DNA of 60,254 bases, counting the filler, from Dugesia japonica (Eukaryota): assembly GCA_001938525.1 (NCBI GenBank). It is 6 parts of 6 records of this genome, joined end to end, with 100 filler letters (N's around TTAATTAATTAA, not from the genome) between each part and the next. Parts side by side here need not be neighbours in the genome. Positions count along the whole stretch, not along the records: positions 1 to 10,043 come from MQRL01537070.1; positions 10,144 to 18,560 come from MQRL01589474.1; 4 more parts are not named here. One strand, written 5' to 3'. The position numbers and the translations under genes were made by a program. Positions 1-11,510 of the stretch are shown one piece after another. Position 1 is the first letter of the stretch. Each line of letters starts with the position of its first letter. The notes under the pieces are model-generated. The model ran no database searches and was not told the DNA's origin. It saw only the letters and a program-made list of their open reading frames with translations.

Positions 1-248
1 TTTAACTCACTACATTTTAGTTGATAAATTTAACACACTACATTTTAGTTGATAAATTTAACTCACTACATTTAATTGATAAATTTAAGTCACTATATTT
101 TAGTTGATAAATTTAACTCACTACATTTTTATTTTAGTTGATAAATTTAACTTACTACATTTAGTTGATAAATTTAACTCACTACATTTTAATTGATAAA
201 TTTAACTCACTACATTTAGTTAATAAATTTAACTCACTACATTTAGTT
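1..248. repeat. ~28-bp tandem repeat array (TTTAACTCACTACATTTTAGTTGATAAA), about 8-9 copies, running off the window start
   Basis: The unit is directly readable with few substitutions. It abuts the 3' end of the Polinton fibre-like gene relic. Confidence 0.95.
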
Positions 249-249
249 T

Positions 250-1404
250 TAATAATTTTGTAAATATAAATATTTTTAAGTAAAATTAAAGTAACTTTAT
301 CTATAATATATTTATCAGTTAATATAATTTCTTGGTGTTCTATAAAAAAAGTAAATTATTGTTTTCTAATAAAGTTGTATTCAAATACTTTTAGAATATT
401 ATCAATCATTACATATATTTCCAAAAATGAAATATCAAAATATCCTTGAATTATAAAATAAGCTTTATCTCTTGTTCTATTTAAACAAAAATAAAGTTCT
501 AATGGTTTTTCAAGGAAATAATATTTATTTCTTTTTTTTTCTTTTTATTTTAAATGGTGAAATTAAACCAAAATAACTTGGTAAGGGGAACCCGTTGTAT
601 TCATTCATTCGTTATAATAAAAGTGGTTAATAAAAATATTAATACATCATTATACTTACCATATTTTTTTAAAATAAGAAATNGAAAATTATTATCAATT
701 ATTTCTTTAATCTTGTTTAATAAAGGTTGTTCATAAAGTTTTTCTAATGATGTTTGTTTATTTAACTTATCAATGTAATCGTTAATTTATTTAACACGGG
801 CAATATGAAGATCTTTCTTTATTTTATTAAATTCTGTTTCTAAAAGAATTAAAGGATCATTCTTCATTTGTTTATTACAATTGATTTTGTAATTTAATTT
901 TTCCAATTCTGAATTAATTTTATTAAATTTTTCAGGAGAACAATTACTTGTGAGATTTGTAATTTTACCAAGAGCTTTTTGATTTCCTTTATCAATTCTA
1001 TTATTTTATCATTAATATTTTTATCATTTTTAAAATCAATCTTCGTTGTGTTTTTAGCTTATTTTTTATTTAATTTATTTTAATAATTAATTCGCTATTG
1101 GTTTTAATCCAAGTTTTATTATTTTCTGAAAGTTGTTGAATATAGATATTTTGATTATTTACTTGTTTTTCTAATTTAGTAATTTCATTTTTAACTTTAT
1201 TCTTCAAATTATTTAAAAGTTTAAATTAACTGGATCTAATTCATTTCTAGGATCATTAATTATTTTCAAGCAAGTAATTGAATCTCCACTTTCACTAAAA
1301 AATCTTCCTTCATCATCTACAGATTCTAATTTTAATTTAGTGGAAACATGTTTTAATAATTCTGCATTATTTTGACTATTTAAAGTTTCTACACAAAAAT
1401 TCAT
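250..1404 (-). pseudogene. Homolog of Polinton ORF 55164-56090 (fibre-like), fragmented
   Basis: RFFSESGDSITCLKIINDPRNELDPVNLNF aligns with RFVNESGDTVKFLKIIYAPKDELDAVNLKF. Downstream KNDPLILLETEFNKI aligns with KNDPLFSLLLEFKKI. Confidence 0.85.
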
Positions 1405-1437
1405 TTTCTATTTTTTATAAAGATATACAATATATTT

Positions 1438-1830
1438 TTATAAGTTATTTTTTATAAAAGTAATAAATAATTCATTAATAATTTCATCAAAACTCTTGAA
1501 TGAAATTGAAAATGAAAAATATAAACATAATATTCCAAAAATACTAGTTCCAAAAGGTTGAACTTGAATTTTGTTATTTACATTTACATGTTTTTCAATT
1601 TCTTTAAAATGTTTTAATCCATAAGAATCAAAATAATAACCTCGGCATAAAGCAACCCAATGACTTCCTTTTTGATTTGAATTTTGATAATTAATAATTT
1701 GAGCATCTTTAACTTCATCTTTCATTAATATTTCTATTTCAAGATTTAAAAAATCTGCAATAGAATAAAAATCAAAATTAGTTTTAGTATTTATTCCAAA
1801 TGTTTTTAGAAAATCTAAGATTGCATACAT
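1438..1830 (-). pseudogene. Adenain-like cysteine protease (Polinton PRO), catalytic Cys replaced by Phe
   Basis: Motifs GSHWVA, YYFDSYG and QVQPFGTSIFGILC, versus QVQPFETRICGVLC in the 54767 copy. Confidence 0.88.
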
Positions 1831-2495
1831 TTTTTATATGAACTAATAAAGAAATAGTTTGCCCATTAGAATCTATAGGATTATTATTTTCATCTATAAT
1901 ATTAAATTTTAAAGAATCAATACATTTGCAGTTTAATCTTGAATAAATTGGAGGATGAAATCTTTCTATAATTTTATAACCAAAACCTACAGTATTTGAA
2001 GGAAATGAATATAATAAATTTGATGGAGAATTATTGATATAATTACTTTTAACTAAATTACAAGTTATATTTATCATATTAATGTTTAAAATATCAATCT
2101 TATTTTCTGATAATATTTTCNNNNNNNNNNNNNNNNNNNNNNNNNNNNNNNNNNNNNNNNNNNNNNNNNNNNNNNNNNNNNNNNNNNNNNNNNNNNNNNN
2201 NNNNNNNNNNNNNNNNNTTGTTTAAAGATCTGGTGTAACTTCTATTCCATGATCTTTTAATTTACTAGATATTTCTTTAATTTCATAAGCACGTGGTTCA
2301 ATGTTGTTTTTGTTCACATTGATCTGGTTTTTCATTTAATTCAAAAGTATTATTTTTACTAGTAACATTAAAAATTATATTATAACAACTAAAACATAAT
2401 AAACACATTTTATAATTAGAATCTAATTCTATTGGAAATCTTAAATCAACTTCTAAACTAGATTATTTACCAACAACTAAAAATTGATGAGATAT
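1784..2495 (-). pseudogene. Penton / minor capsid protein, fragmented and spanning an N gap
   Basis: N-terminal SHQFLV..LEVDLRFPIELD..CFSCYNIIFN. C-terminal INITCNLVKSNYINN..LYSF..GYKIIE..IIDENNNPID..GQTISLLVHIK, typical of Polinton minor capsid proteins. Confidence 0.85.
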
Positions 2496-3470
2496 TTTAT
2501 TTAACTAAAATATTTATTTTTATAAACATTATATTTTTCTTTGGTAAATAATTCTTGGTTTAATACTTTACAAACAGATTTAATTTCATTGTGAATTATT
2601 ATTATGACCTACTTTCACTGCTGAAATTAATAATGTTAATCTTTCAAATAAAGATAGCGGATCTGAGTTTTAAATAAAATTGAAATCTTCACATTTAATA
2701 ATATCCTCTTGGATTTCTTTTTCAACAGGAGTCTCTTTTTTTGCTTAGGTATTTTAGAAGTTTTTTTCCCAGTTAAAAATTTATAATAATTAGAAGTAGT
2801 AGGAATTTAAATATTTAATTTATTTAAATAAATATATTTTTTGCTTCTTTATCATTACTTCCATTTTCTAAAATTAAATTCTTTACTTCTTCAAAATAAG
2901 GTATTAGTTCGTCTTTTGTTAAAAAGTATTTCTTTCCATCACTTTCTTCAAATAAATATATTTCTTTGAGTGGATATATTAATAACTTCTATTTTAAATA
3001 TGGGTATAATTGTTTTAGATAAATTTTCAACATATAAATTAAGTTTAGGAAAGAATTGTATTCTATTTTCAAAAAGACTTTTAGATTGTGAATCAATTTT
3101 TAACTTAGGTTTTAAATCTGGTTGTGAATTTAATTTTTCATTAGCTATAATAGTAGGTTGTTGCTCAAAGATTAAAGTATCTTGTAAAGTTTTTTATTCA
3201 ATTACATTAACAGTTAATAAATTATTAAAATCATCTTGACCTTTAATTAATTCTTTCAAAAGTTTTATTCTTACCAACTATGAAGATATAATTATTATTT
3301 AATAATTTTGAGCCAATAGAAATTGAGTTAATTCTGGATAAAGATTTTTAAGCTACCATTCAATTATCAATTCTCTTATTAAATTTAGAATTGAAGTAGA
3401 AAAATATATAATGTCTAAAAACATTAGTTCCCATTTGAATAAACAATTACTAATTGACGATTTACCTAAC

Positions 3471-3590
3471 AATAATAATAATAATAACAATAATAATAAT
3501 AATAATAATAATAACAATAATAATAATAATAATAATAATANNNNNNNNNNNNNNNNNNNNNNNNNNNNNNNNNNNNNNNNNNNNNNNNNN

Positions 3591-3625
<35 letters not shown>

Positions 3626-3635
3626 GAATAATAAG

Positions 3636-3663
<28 letters not shown>
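3471..3663. repeat. (AAT)n microsatellite spanning an N gap
   Basis: Directly visible. It explains the poly-N and poly-I ORFs. Confidence 0.97.
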
Positions 3664-3666
<3 letters not shown>

Positions 3667-3816
3667 TTATTTAATTAGAAAGACATTACATTATCAAGTT
3701 TGTAATTATTTTTTTCTTTGATTAATTACCAATGAAAGCTAAGATAAATTTCGATTGGTTGGTTTTATCTTTATGAAACATATAATCTAAATTAAATTAT
3801 TATTAATTCATTGAAA

Positions 3817-4282
3817 ATGTCAGATAACACTGAAGAAAATTTTAACAGTCAGAAAGAAACATTGATTTATCATACTGACAATGAATCTTCATGGATGGAA
3901 CCATTTTTTGATAACAAATCAGAGGATAATGAAGAAGAAGATATGAAAACAGAAGAAATTAATATAGTCGCAATTAAAATAGGGAATTATATTGCTGACC
4001 AATATGTTGTAGAAAAAGGTAGTTTTTTATTTAAATTATAGTAATTAATTATTATTCCTTAGATACGGTTCTTGAGATATTGGAAGAAAAATTTCCAAAT
4101 CTTAAGAAAGAATCAGAGTACTGAGCAACAGAAGTATACTGGTACAAATTCCTGTAGTATATAAGAATCAATATTAATACGATAATAAAATAATACTTGG
4201 ATGAGCCATTCAGTTATACATATGTATGTGACTTTTGTATACAACTAAAACTTAAAAAGAGAGTCGAACGTATCTTTAAATA
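3817..4282 (+). pseudogene. Unknown two-exon gene relic (acidic N-terminus, ~44-nt GT-AG intron ~4019-4062, three in-frame stops)
   Basis: MSDNTEENF..YVVEK splices in frame to DTVLEILEEKFPNLKKESEY*ATEVYWYKFL*YIRININTIIK*YLDEPFSYTYVCDFCIQLKLKKRVERIFK*. No family recognised. Confidence 0.4.
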
Positions 4283-4429
4283 AATATTAGTCATTATTTG
4301 TTGTTCTGATGTTATTATGTATTATTTCGAGCTGGAACCGATTAAAAGTTTTTTGTTCGATAATTCGAAACAAATTTTAATCGATTAATTTCGATTGCAT
4401 ACATAATGCACTCATAAAATTCATTCATA

Positions 4430-5655
4430 AGTAGGTAGATATAAGTGCACTGGCATCGTACCCCCTCCGCCGTCGACTGTTCTACTAATTTCAGGATTTT
4501 GACTGTTTTATTATGGAAGCATTTTGATTGGTCGTTAAGGATACGCGAAAAACATTTTCGAATTCGGGTTGGAACGGTTGAAATTTTGCTCGAGAAGGTC
4601 AAAAATTCGAATTTTTGATATAAAATTTTTTGGGTCAAATTTCATCGTGTGATTTTGAATATGATATTGGTCGTCTTAGAATTGAAAGTTAAACATTTTT
4701 TTATAGGGTTTGCTATATGAATATGCTTGGTTCTCGCAGAAAAGGTATGAGCGCACTGGCACAGTTGACCTTGTTTTAAAGGTTTTTCAACAAAAACTTA
4801 TCGTATGGTCATACAAATGACTGCATTCAATTCAAAATAAAATTTTGAACATTTATCTATAATGTTTATCGTCAAAAATATTTTTAGTTCAAAAGATAGA
4901 AAATTTCTAGGAGCCATGTCGCACCAAGGATGAAAAATTATTTTTTATAGAAATTTTTATGATAAGCAAACAAATTTGGTATTGATGAACTCAGAATTAA
5001 AAACTGAATATTTTACGTAGGGTTTGCTATATAAATATTTTTACTTTCCAAGATAAAGGTATGAGCGCACAGGAACACTAGATCTTGATCTACAAATTTC
5101 TCAGTGAAAACTCTTCGTAGGGTTATGGATATGATGGCATTCGATTCAGAATAAAATTATGAACATATTTTGTATAGAGTTTGTGGTGAAAATATACTTG
5201 TTTCAAAAGACAGAAAATTCCCGGTTACCATGACCCATCGAGGATGAAAAATCGCACTTTAAAAATACTTATGATAATCAAAGAAATTTGTTATTGTTCA
5301 ACTACGAATAAAAAACTGAACATTTGTTATATAGAGTTTGCTATATGAATAAGCCTGGTTCTCTAGGAAAAGGTATGAGCACACTGGAACAGTCGACCTT
5401 GTTTTATAAATTTCTCAACCAAAACTTATCAAATGGTCATGTAAATTCAGAATAAAATTCTGAAAATTTTATTTGTAGGGTTTCCTGTAGAAATATGCTT
5501 AGTTTAAAATATGGAAAATTACCGGTTACTATGTCCAACCTTAGTTAGAAAAATATTTTTTCTAGAAATTTACTTAGGATAGTCAAACAACTTTGGTATT
5601 ATTAAACTTAGAATAAAAACCTGAACATTTTGTATATAGGGTTTGCTGTATAAAA
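4430..5655 (+). mobile_element. Left arm of a modular-TIR element: AGTAG terminus plus about three ~313-bp internal repeats
   Basis: Terminus AGTAGGTAGATATAAGTGCACTGG. TAG(G/A)GTTTGCT recurs near 4705, 5018, 5332 and 5637. Each unit holds a GGTATGAGC(G/A)CAC(T/A)GG copy of the terminal motif. Homologous in reverse to 18661-20173 and 13989-15033. Confidence 0.8.
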
Positions 5656-6184
5656 AAACTTCCTTCTAATAATTTTATTTCGTGTGTTAATTTGAATTCA
5701 TTGTTATTAAATTTCGAAATTTTAGATTTTATTTAATATTCTTGATTTTTCCAGTAAATGTCGAATTTTAATGATTTTTATAATAAAAAGTTTTATTTAC
5801 CTTTGAAAATAAGTGGTAAAAAGTTGTACAAACTATTTCCATTGAAAATCTAAAAAACTGAAAACAATAAAATTGCTTTGATAAAAAATTAAAACTATTA
5901 AAATGTCAATATTGGTAACACATGTAAAATTAACATTTTCAAAAATTTATTAAATTTACAAAAATTTACAAAATAAATCTATTGACAATAATAAAATCAT
6001 ATACATTTAAATTACAAGACTTATTAATTAGACATTAATTTTCAAAATAGTATATATTTTTCTTAAACATAATAGACTAAAATTAAAATAAATTATTGAA
6101 ATAAATTAAATATTTTACTTGAATTGTCTGATTTCAGCATATACTTTGACAAAATACTAACGATGTGTGGTGTTAATTGATTTT

Positions 6185-7340
6185 CATTGGTTTACTATGT
6201 TAACTTCTTTATTATACATATTGGATTACTCTAACTATTTGTTTACTGTATCACATAGACTTTACTATATCACTTGGTTTGACATTAGCACGTGAGCTTT
6301 TCTGTGTTACAATGGTTTCATCTGTAACACACTGGCTTTGCCGTGACACATTATCTTCATTTAAACACATGGGCTTTACTGTGTCACATTCGCTTACTCT
6401 TTCTATTGATTTACTAAAACGCGTGGATTTTACTGTATCAGATCAGTTTTCTTTACCCGTTTTTTTTTGCTTTATCAACTGATTTACTCTATTTACTGGC
6501 TTTCTATCCCTTACTAAACTCTGTGAAATTTATAAATTAAGTAAATTATTGGAAATTTAATAAATCTTAATAAAATCAGGCTATATTTTAATTATAGGTC
6601 GATACATTTCAATGGAATTGCTTAAAGACTTACTATATATTTTGTGTATATTTATAGAAATTTTATAAAATTAAGTTATTCAAATAGAATTTAGACTTGA
6701 AAAAATTTCATACTAATGTCTCAATGTAAAATAGTTGGTTACAACTTGCTTATATGTGACTATAATTTATTCATATTAATTATAATTTACTCATAACCTT
6801 CAATAATTTGTACATAGTTTATTTTTTTACGCATAGGTGGGGATAATTTGCTCATAGGTGACTACAATTTGTGCATAAGTGTCAGTATATTACACATCAA
6901 TGGTCGTAATTCATACATAAGTGGTAATAATTTGCTTGTAGGCGACTACACTATATTCATGGTTTAATAAAATCAGTGTATAGATGATTGGATTTGAAGT
7001 ATGTTCAATTGATAAATTAGTAATAAGTTGAATAATTTGATTCGATCAGAAACTTTGTGTGATATTCATTGACTTTACTATATTACACTGGTTTTATCTG
7101 TAACACATGGGCTTTACTAGGATCATCAGTTTCACAGTTACACATTAGTTTACTGTATTACTTGGGGTTTACTGTACTAATATGCTTACTTTATTCACTG
7201 GTTTTACTATATCCCATTGTTTTCACTCTATCATATTAAGTTACTGTACTTATTTGCTTACTCTATCCATTAGCTTTGTATATAGACTTTGCTATGTTCA
7301 TTGATTAATGGATTAATTTACTGTATTTACCCCGAAGAAA
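6185..7340. repeat. Degenerate minisatellites: ~19-bp TTTACTGTATCACA-type (6185-6520, 7070-7330) flanking ~21-bp ATAGGTGACTACAATTT-type (6740-6960)
   Basis: Recurrent TTTACT(G/A)TATC and ATA(G/A)GTG..AATTT cores. Confidence 0.6.
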
Positions 7341-8049
7341 GTTTTATATAACTATGCAATTTGATTACCTGTATCATTAGTTGTAAGATGAAATGGATTA
7401 TGACTATAGAATCATGTTAACTATCAGTAAACCTTAGAATCAGCTTAGTGTTTTTTTCAATGAAAATAGTGACTTTTGCTTATTGATTTGTGTCTCATGA
7501 GACAAATTAAACATATTCAATGGATAAGCTGGCTGTATTGCTAAACTTGAACGAGTAGATTAAGATAAATGACGGCATTGAATATAATATGTAAGTCAAA
7601 TATGTAAATGACTTGAATGTATAAGCTTAATGTATGTATCGGGTTCATTGAATGTTCTAGGTTTAGTGGATTTTTTTGGTTAATGAATATATCGGGTTTA
7701 ATGATTTGTACTAGTCTAGATAGAACGTATACAAGTGTCGACATGTTTTTCTTTGTAATATTGGACAATTTCTGAAAGATTTGACCTATATACACGAATA
7801 ACAAATTTTAGAAATTTGAAAAGATTACTTTTTTTGCATACAATGAATTTTAAAAAAATATATTGAAAATGCTAATATAATTAATTAATAATTTTAATTA
7901 AAATTATTTAAAATCAAATGTAGGTATATTTCTATATAAAATATTACTGAATGAAATTGATGATTTGTACGCATCAAACAAATATATGTAACAATCTTTA
8001 TTAATCCAAAGAAAGACAAATGTATGATTACAATGGAAATTCTTGGACA

Positions 8050-8450
8050 TAGTTAAATAAAGTATAAAAAATGTTATCATCGTATAAAAATTTATGACTT
8101 CTGTAAAATCTTTATTAATGTTCACACAAAACATGGAAATTATAGATATATTTCCATGACTACTGTGAAATTTTAGATAGATTTTCACGACTACTCGGAA
8201 ATTTTGAATAATTTTCCAACACTTCAATGAAATTCTGTGTAAATTTTGAACACATATCGGAAATATTTGCATTATTTTTCCATTGTTTTACATAGGATTT
8301 GAGAATTTTTCAACACTTCTCTGAAATTCTTTATAAATTTTTAATAAATCTCGGAAATTCTTTATAAATTTCCAACATTTCTATGAAATTATTTATAATA
8401 TTCCAACACTTCATGGAAACTCTGTACCATTTTCCAACAATTCCAAAATA
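8050..8450. repeat. Degenerate ~31-bp tandem repeat (TTCCAACACTTC..GAAATT..TATAAATT type)
   Basis: CAACACTTC and GAAATTC cores recur with a period of about 31 nt. Confidence 0.6.
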
Positions 8451-9281
8451 ATATAAGCATCATCACCAAATGCCTGCATTTCTGCGTGCACCTCTGCATA
8501 CAGCTCGTCTGCCCCTCTGCGTGCACCTCTGCTTTCTCCATTCCTTCTTTCCTCTAAAAATTAAAAACAAACCCTTGCGGTAGAAATCAGTTTAATAACA
8601 TTATAAAAAATATTACTTTTTTGTGAATTCATAAATATATAATAGATGCATCTGCTTAATATGAAATCGATACAGGTGAAAGCGCTCACAAATCCAAACA
8701 TTAGCTAAATATGAATCATTCAAGTATTTTACTGTAATATAAAGTCATTTGAACGCTTCTGAAAATTGATTACAAAATTCTTCAATCAAATGCTTGAAAG
8801 GATTTTATCTGGTTATTTCTAAAATATCCGAAGTGCACATCATTTTCCCATAATTCTAAATATCTTTCTGTTTTCTTTATTTTAACTTAGTTTTATTCTA
8901 ACCCATAGAATCACAAGAGATCATTTCCAAGCAGTTATCTCATGAAATTTTGATTTGGGAAAATAAATAATAGAAAACAATAACAATATTTAAAAATGGT
9001 TTAATTTATTTTTTAATAGAAAATTTTCTCTATAGTTAAACTCGAAAACTTTTAAATCAAATAGAAATTGCTTCATTAACTTTTTAAAAATAACTACTTG
9101 AAAATAACTTATGATAAAATTTTAATAAAATTTTAAAAATAAATAATTTATCAACTCTTTCCTTAAAATTTCAATATAAATTCTAGTTGTTTAACTTATA
9201 TATTTTAATGAATTGATTCAGACTCCATTGTCATATTTATTTGAATTATTTTTTGTGGGATTTGAAATAACTTTTTAAATT

Positions 9282-9805
9282 ATGGGTAAAGAAATGAGTA
9301 AAATTTTACCTGGACTTTAATATGGTCGGTTGGATATACTCAAAATGATAATGATATAATGGCTAATTGTATTACTCATGTTCTAAGTGTTCATGAACCA
9401 GTTAAGCAAAAATTACACAAGGTTTAAATTTTTAAATTTTTTTTAATAATTAATTTCGATTTAAGTTCAATTTCTATAAATATGTAGAAATAAATATTAA
9501 AGATGAGGAAACCGCTTGTATATTAAAGTATTTCAGTAAAAACAATGATTTTATACAAGAAGGCTGAATTAAAAATGGAAATGTTTTAATTCATTGGAAT
9601 TAAATTGCATTTTTTTCGCTGTATATAGTTATGCTGGTGTGACAGGAACACCAACCATTGTTTATATTTAATGTCAGTTTATCATTTAACTTTTCAAGAT
9701 ACATTTAATTGTTTGCGAGCTGTACGACAAAATATTAATCCAATAGCATTTTTTGTTAAACAATTTAATGGTTTTGAAAGTAATAAAGTCTATGCAGAAA
9801 GAGAT
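9282..9805 (+). pseudogene. DUSP22: Atypical dual-specificity phosphatase (DUSP22/DUSP15-like) pseudogene with two very short introns
   Basis: MGKEMSKILPGL*..ITHVLSVHE..[intron ~9422-9465]..KYVEINIKDEETACILKYFSKNNDFIQEG*IKNGNVLIHC[~32-nt intron]YAGVTGTPTIV..LRAVRQNINP..FVKQFNGFE. This matches the DUSP22 pattern MGNGMNKILPGL/THILSVH/LVHCLAGVSRS/ANPN.GF..QL..FE. It has stops, frameshifts and a catalytic R->G change. Confidence 0.8.
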
Positions 9806-10043
9806 GATTTTTTAAATTTTTTTTTGAAAATTTAATCTTTTAAAAGCAGATTTTTAAATTAATTAAAAAAATTTTGATATAATTTTACTGTTTTGATAAA
9901 ATACGAAAAAATTAGTTAAATATGACTATTTTAACAATAATAATAATAATTCAAAAATATTTTTCTAATTCCATTTAATTAGCGTATTTATTCGAATAAA
10001 CAGTGAAAATTACTAATATTATTATTTTATTATTTATTAATAT

Positions 10044-10143
10044 NNNNNNNNNNNNNNNNNNNNNNNNNNNNNNNNNNNNNNNNNNNNTTAATTAATTAAN
10101 NNNNNNNNNNNNNNNNNNNNNNNNNNNNNNNNNNNNNNNNNNN
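10044..10143. other. Artificial scaffold-joining spacer N44-TTAATTAATTAA-N44
   Basis: Exactly 100 bp with stops in all six frames; identical at five places. Confidence 0.97.
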
Positions 10144-11510
10144 TACAGTTAATGTTAAGAATAAGGATAATATGTGCTTCATCTACAGTAAACTTGTGGT
10201 TCTCAAACTAGATGAAGTTGATGATATCAAATTATAGAAACTTTATGAATGAATTGGTGTATGATGAAACTGATATGCCCATGAAGTTGGTAAATACCCC
10301 ATAATTTGAGAAGCAAAATCAAGGATATGCCATCAAAGTCTTCTCCTAGAACTCACAACAGTTAAGAATAATGATGATATAGTCATGAAGCATCCAAACT
10401 TGGATATTATTCAGCGATCAAAAGTAGAAGATGGACAAGAAATTAATCTTTTCTTGCTTGAAGATGTAGAAAATTACCATTACACTGTAGTAATAGATTT
10501 AGATAGACTGATAAATAGGGACATAAAAAGGAATAGAGAGCAAATTCGATCAATTTGGTGCCCAAATGGCTTAAATGGATTCAAGAATAATATTGCTTGG
10601 TACAAAAATTTATAAAATACCAACAGATCCTAATTTGGAGTAAAAGTACTTTTCAAATATGATAACTCCTCCATTTGTCGTATATGCTGCTTTTGAATCA
10701 AATTTGCCAAATGATCCGATTTATCATCAGAAACATCTGCCAATTTCAGCTGGACTACTGTTGGTAAAAAACTACATAAATGAGACTAAACACAGTAAAT
10801 TTATCGGGAATGACTGTCTTTATGAGTTTTTAGAAGAAATTGAGAATAGTACTAATAATGTAGTATACCCTTACTATTTGAAACATGGGAATAGGAAAAA
10901 TGGTAATAGCTCCTGCACAAAAAATTTAATTTGCTGCCACTGTCATATGTTATTCATGTAAAAAATCAATAGTTCAACCAGTTCGCGACTCATTTTTGTC
11001 AATAAACATCATGTTAAATCTGATGAAAATACAGAACTTTTGTATTTTGATATTTATAATTTGTATGAGTGGGCATTAAGTCAACAGTTGCCATATAAAG
11101 ATTTTGTGTGGTTACATTTAAGATTGGATGAAATATTAGCAAATTTTAGGAGAATGAACTTGGATTCGTTGACATATGGATATGTAATAGAGGTGGATAT
11201 AGTAATTCTCAATGAGTTACATAATTATTTGAATGATCTACGGGTAGCAGCTGAATATCAGAGCCCTCCTGGTAGTAAAGTGAAGAAATTACTCTTAACA
11301 CATTACCCAAAGAAGAATTATGTAGTTCACTGTAGGCTGCTGCAGATATACTTGCATTTAAGTGTGAAAGTGACAAATGTACATGGAAGTGTTAAGTTTA
11401 GTCAGGCTGACATATTTAAGAAATACATAAATATGAACACAGAGATAAGACCACACCGGAAAAACGAATTGGAGAAGATCTAATACAAGCTATTAAATAA
11501 TAGTCTACAG
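10144..11510 (+). pseudogene. polB: Protein-primed family B DNA polymerase relic (third Polinton), internally deleted
   Basis: Motifs VNVKNKDNMCFIYS, INLFLL..HYTVV.DLDRLI, PFVVYAAFES, YFDIYNLYEWALSQQLP (motif A), YVIEVD, KNYVVH, and YKLLNNS (motif B, interrupted by the hAT). Confidence 0.9.

Larger units (their letters stand above)
250..3280 (-). mobile_element. Degenerate Polinton/adintovirus fragment (copy 2): unknown conserved ORF, penton, adenain, fibre-like gene
   Basis: Minus-strand translations match the 53226-56200 block gene for gene, e.g. RIKLLKELI..FEQQP, LFERLTLLISAVKVG..EIKSVC, SHQFLV, MINITCNLV..YINN, LDFLKTFGI.T.TNFD, RF..ESGD, KNDPL..EFNKI. Many stops and frameshifts. Confidence 0.92.

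Noticed and set aside
1-248. CRISPR-like array
   Set aside because: The units are head-to-tail with no unique spacers, the context is eukaryotic, and there are no cas genes.
3411-3678. Poly-Asn / poly-Ile ORFs (also 28217-28411 and 47380-47724)
   Set aside because: They are translations of (AAT)n microsatellites and N gaps.
3817-9805. Stop-codon reassignment (ciliate-type code) to explain in-frame stops
   Set aside because: The 4.1-kb LRRC9 exon has no in-frame TAA, TAG or TGA, and most of the interrupted genes also have frameshifts. Ordinary decay is sufficient.
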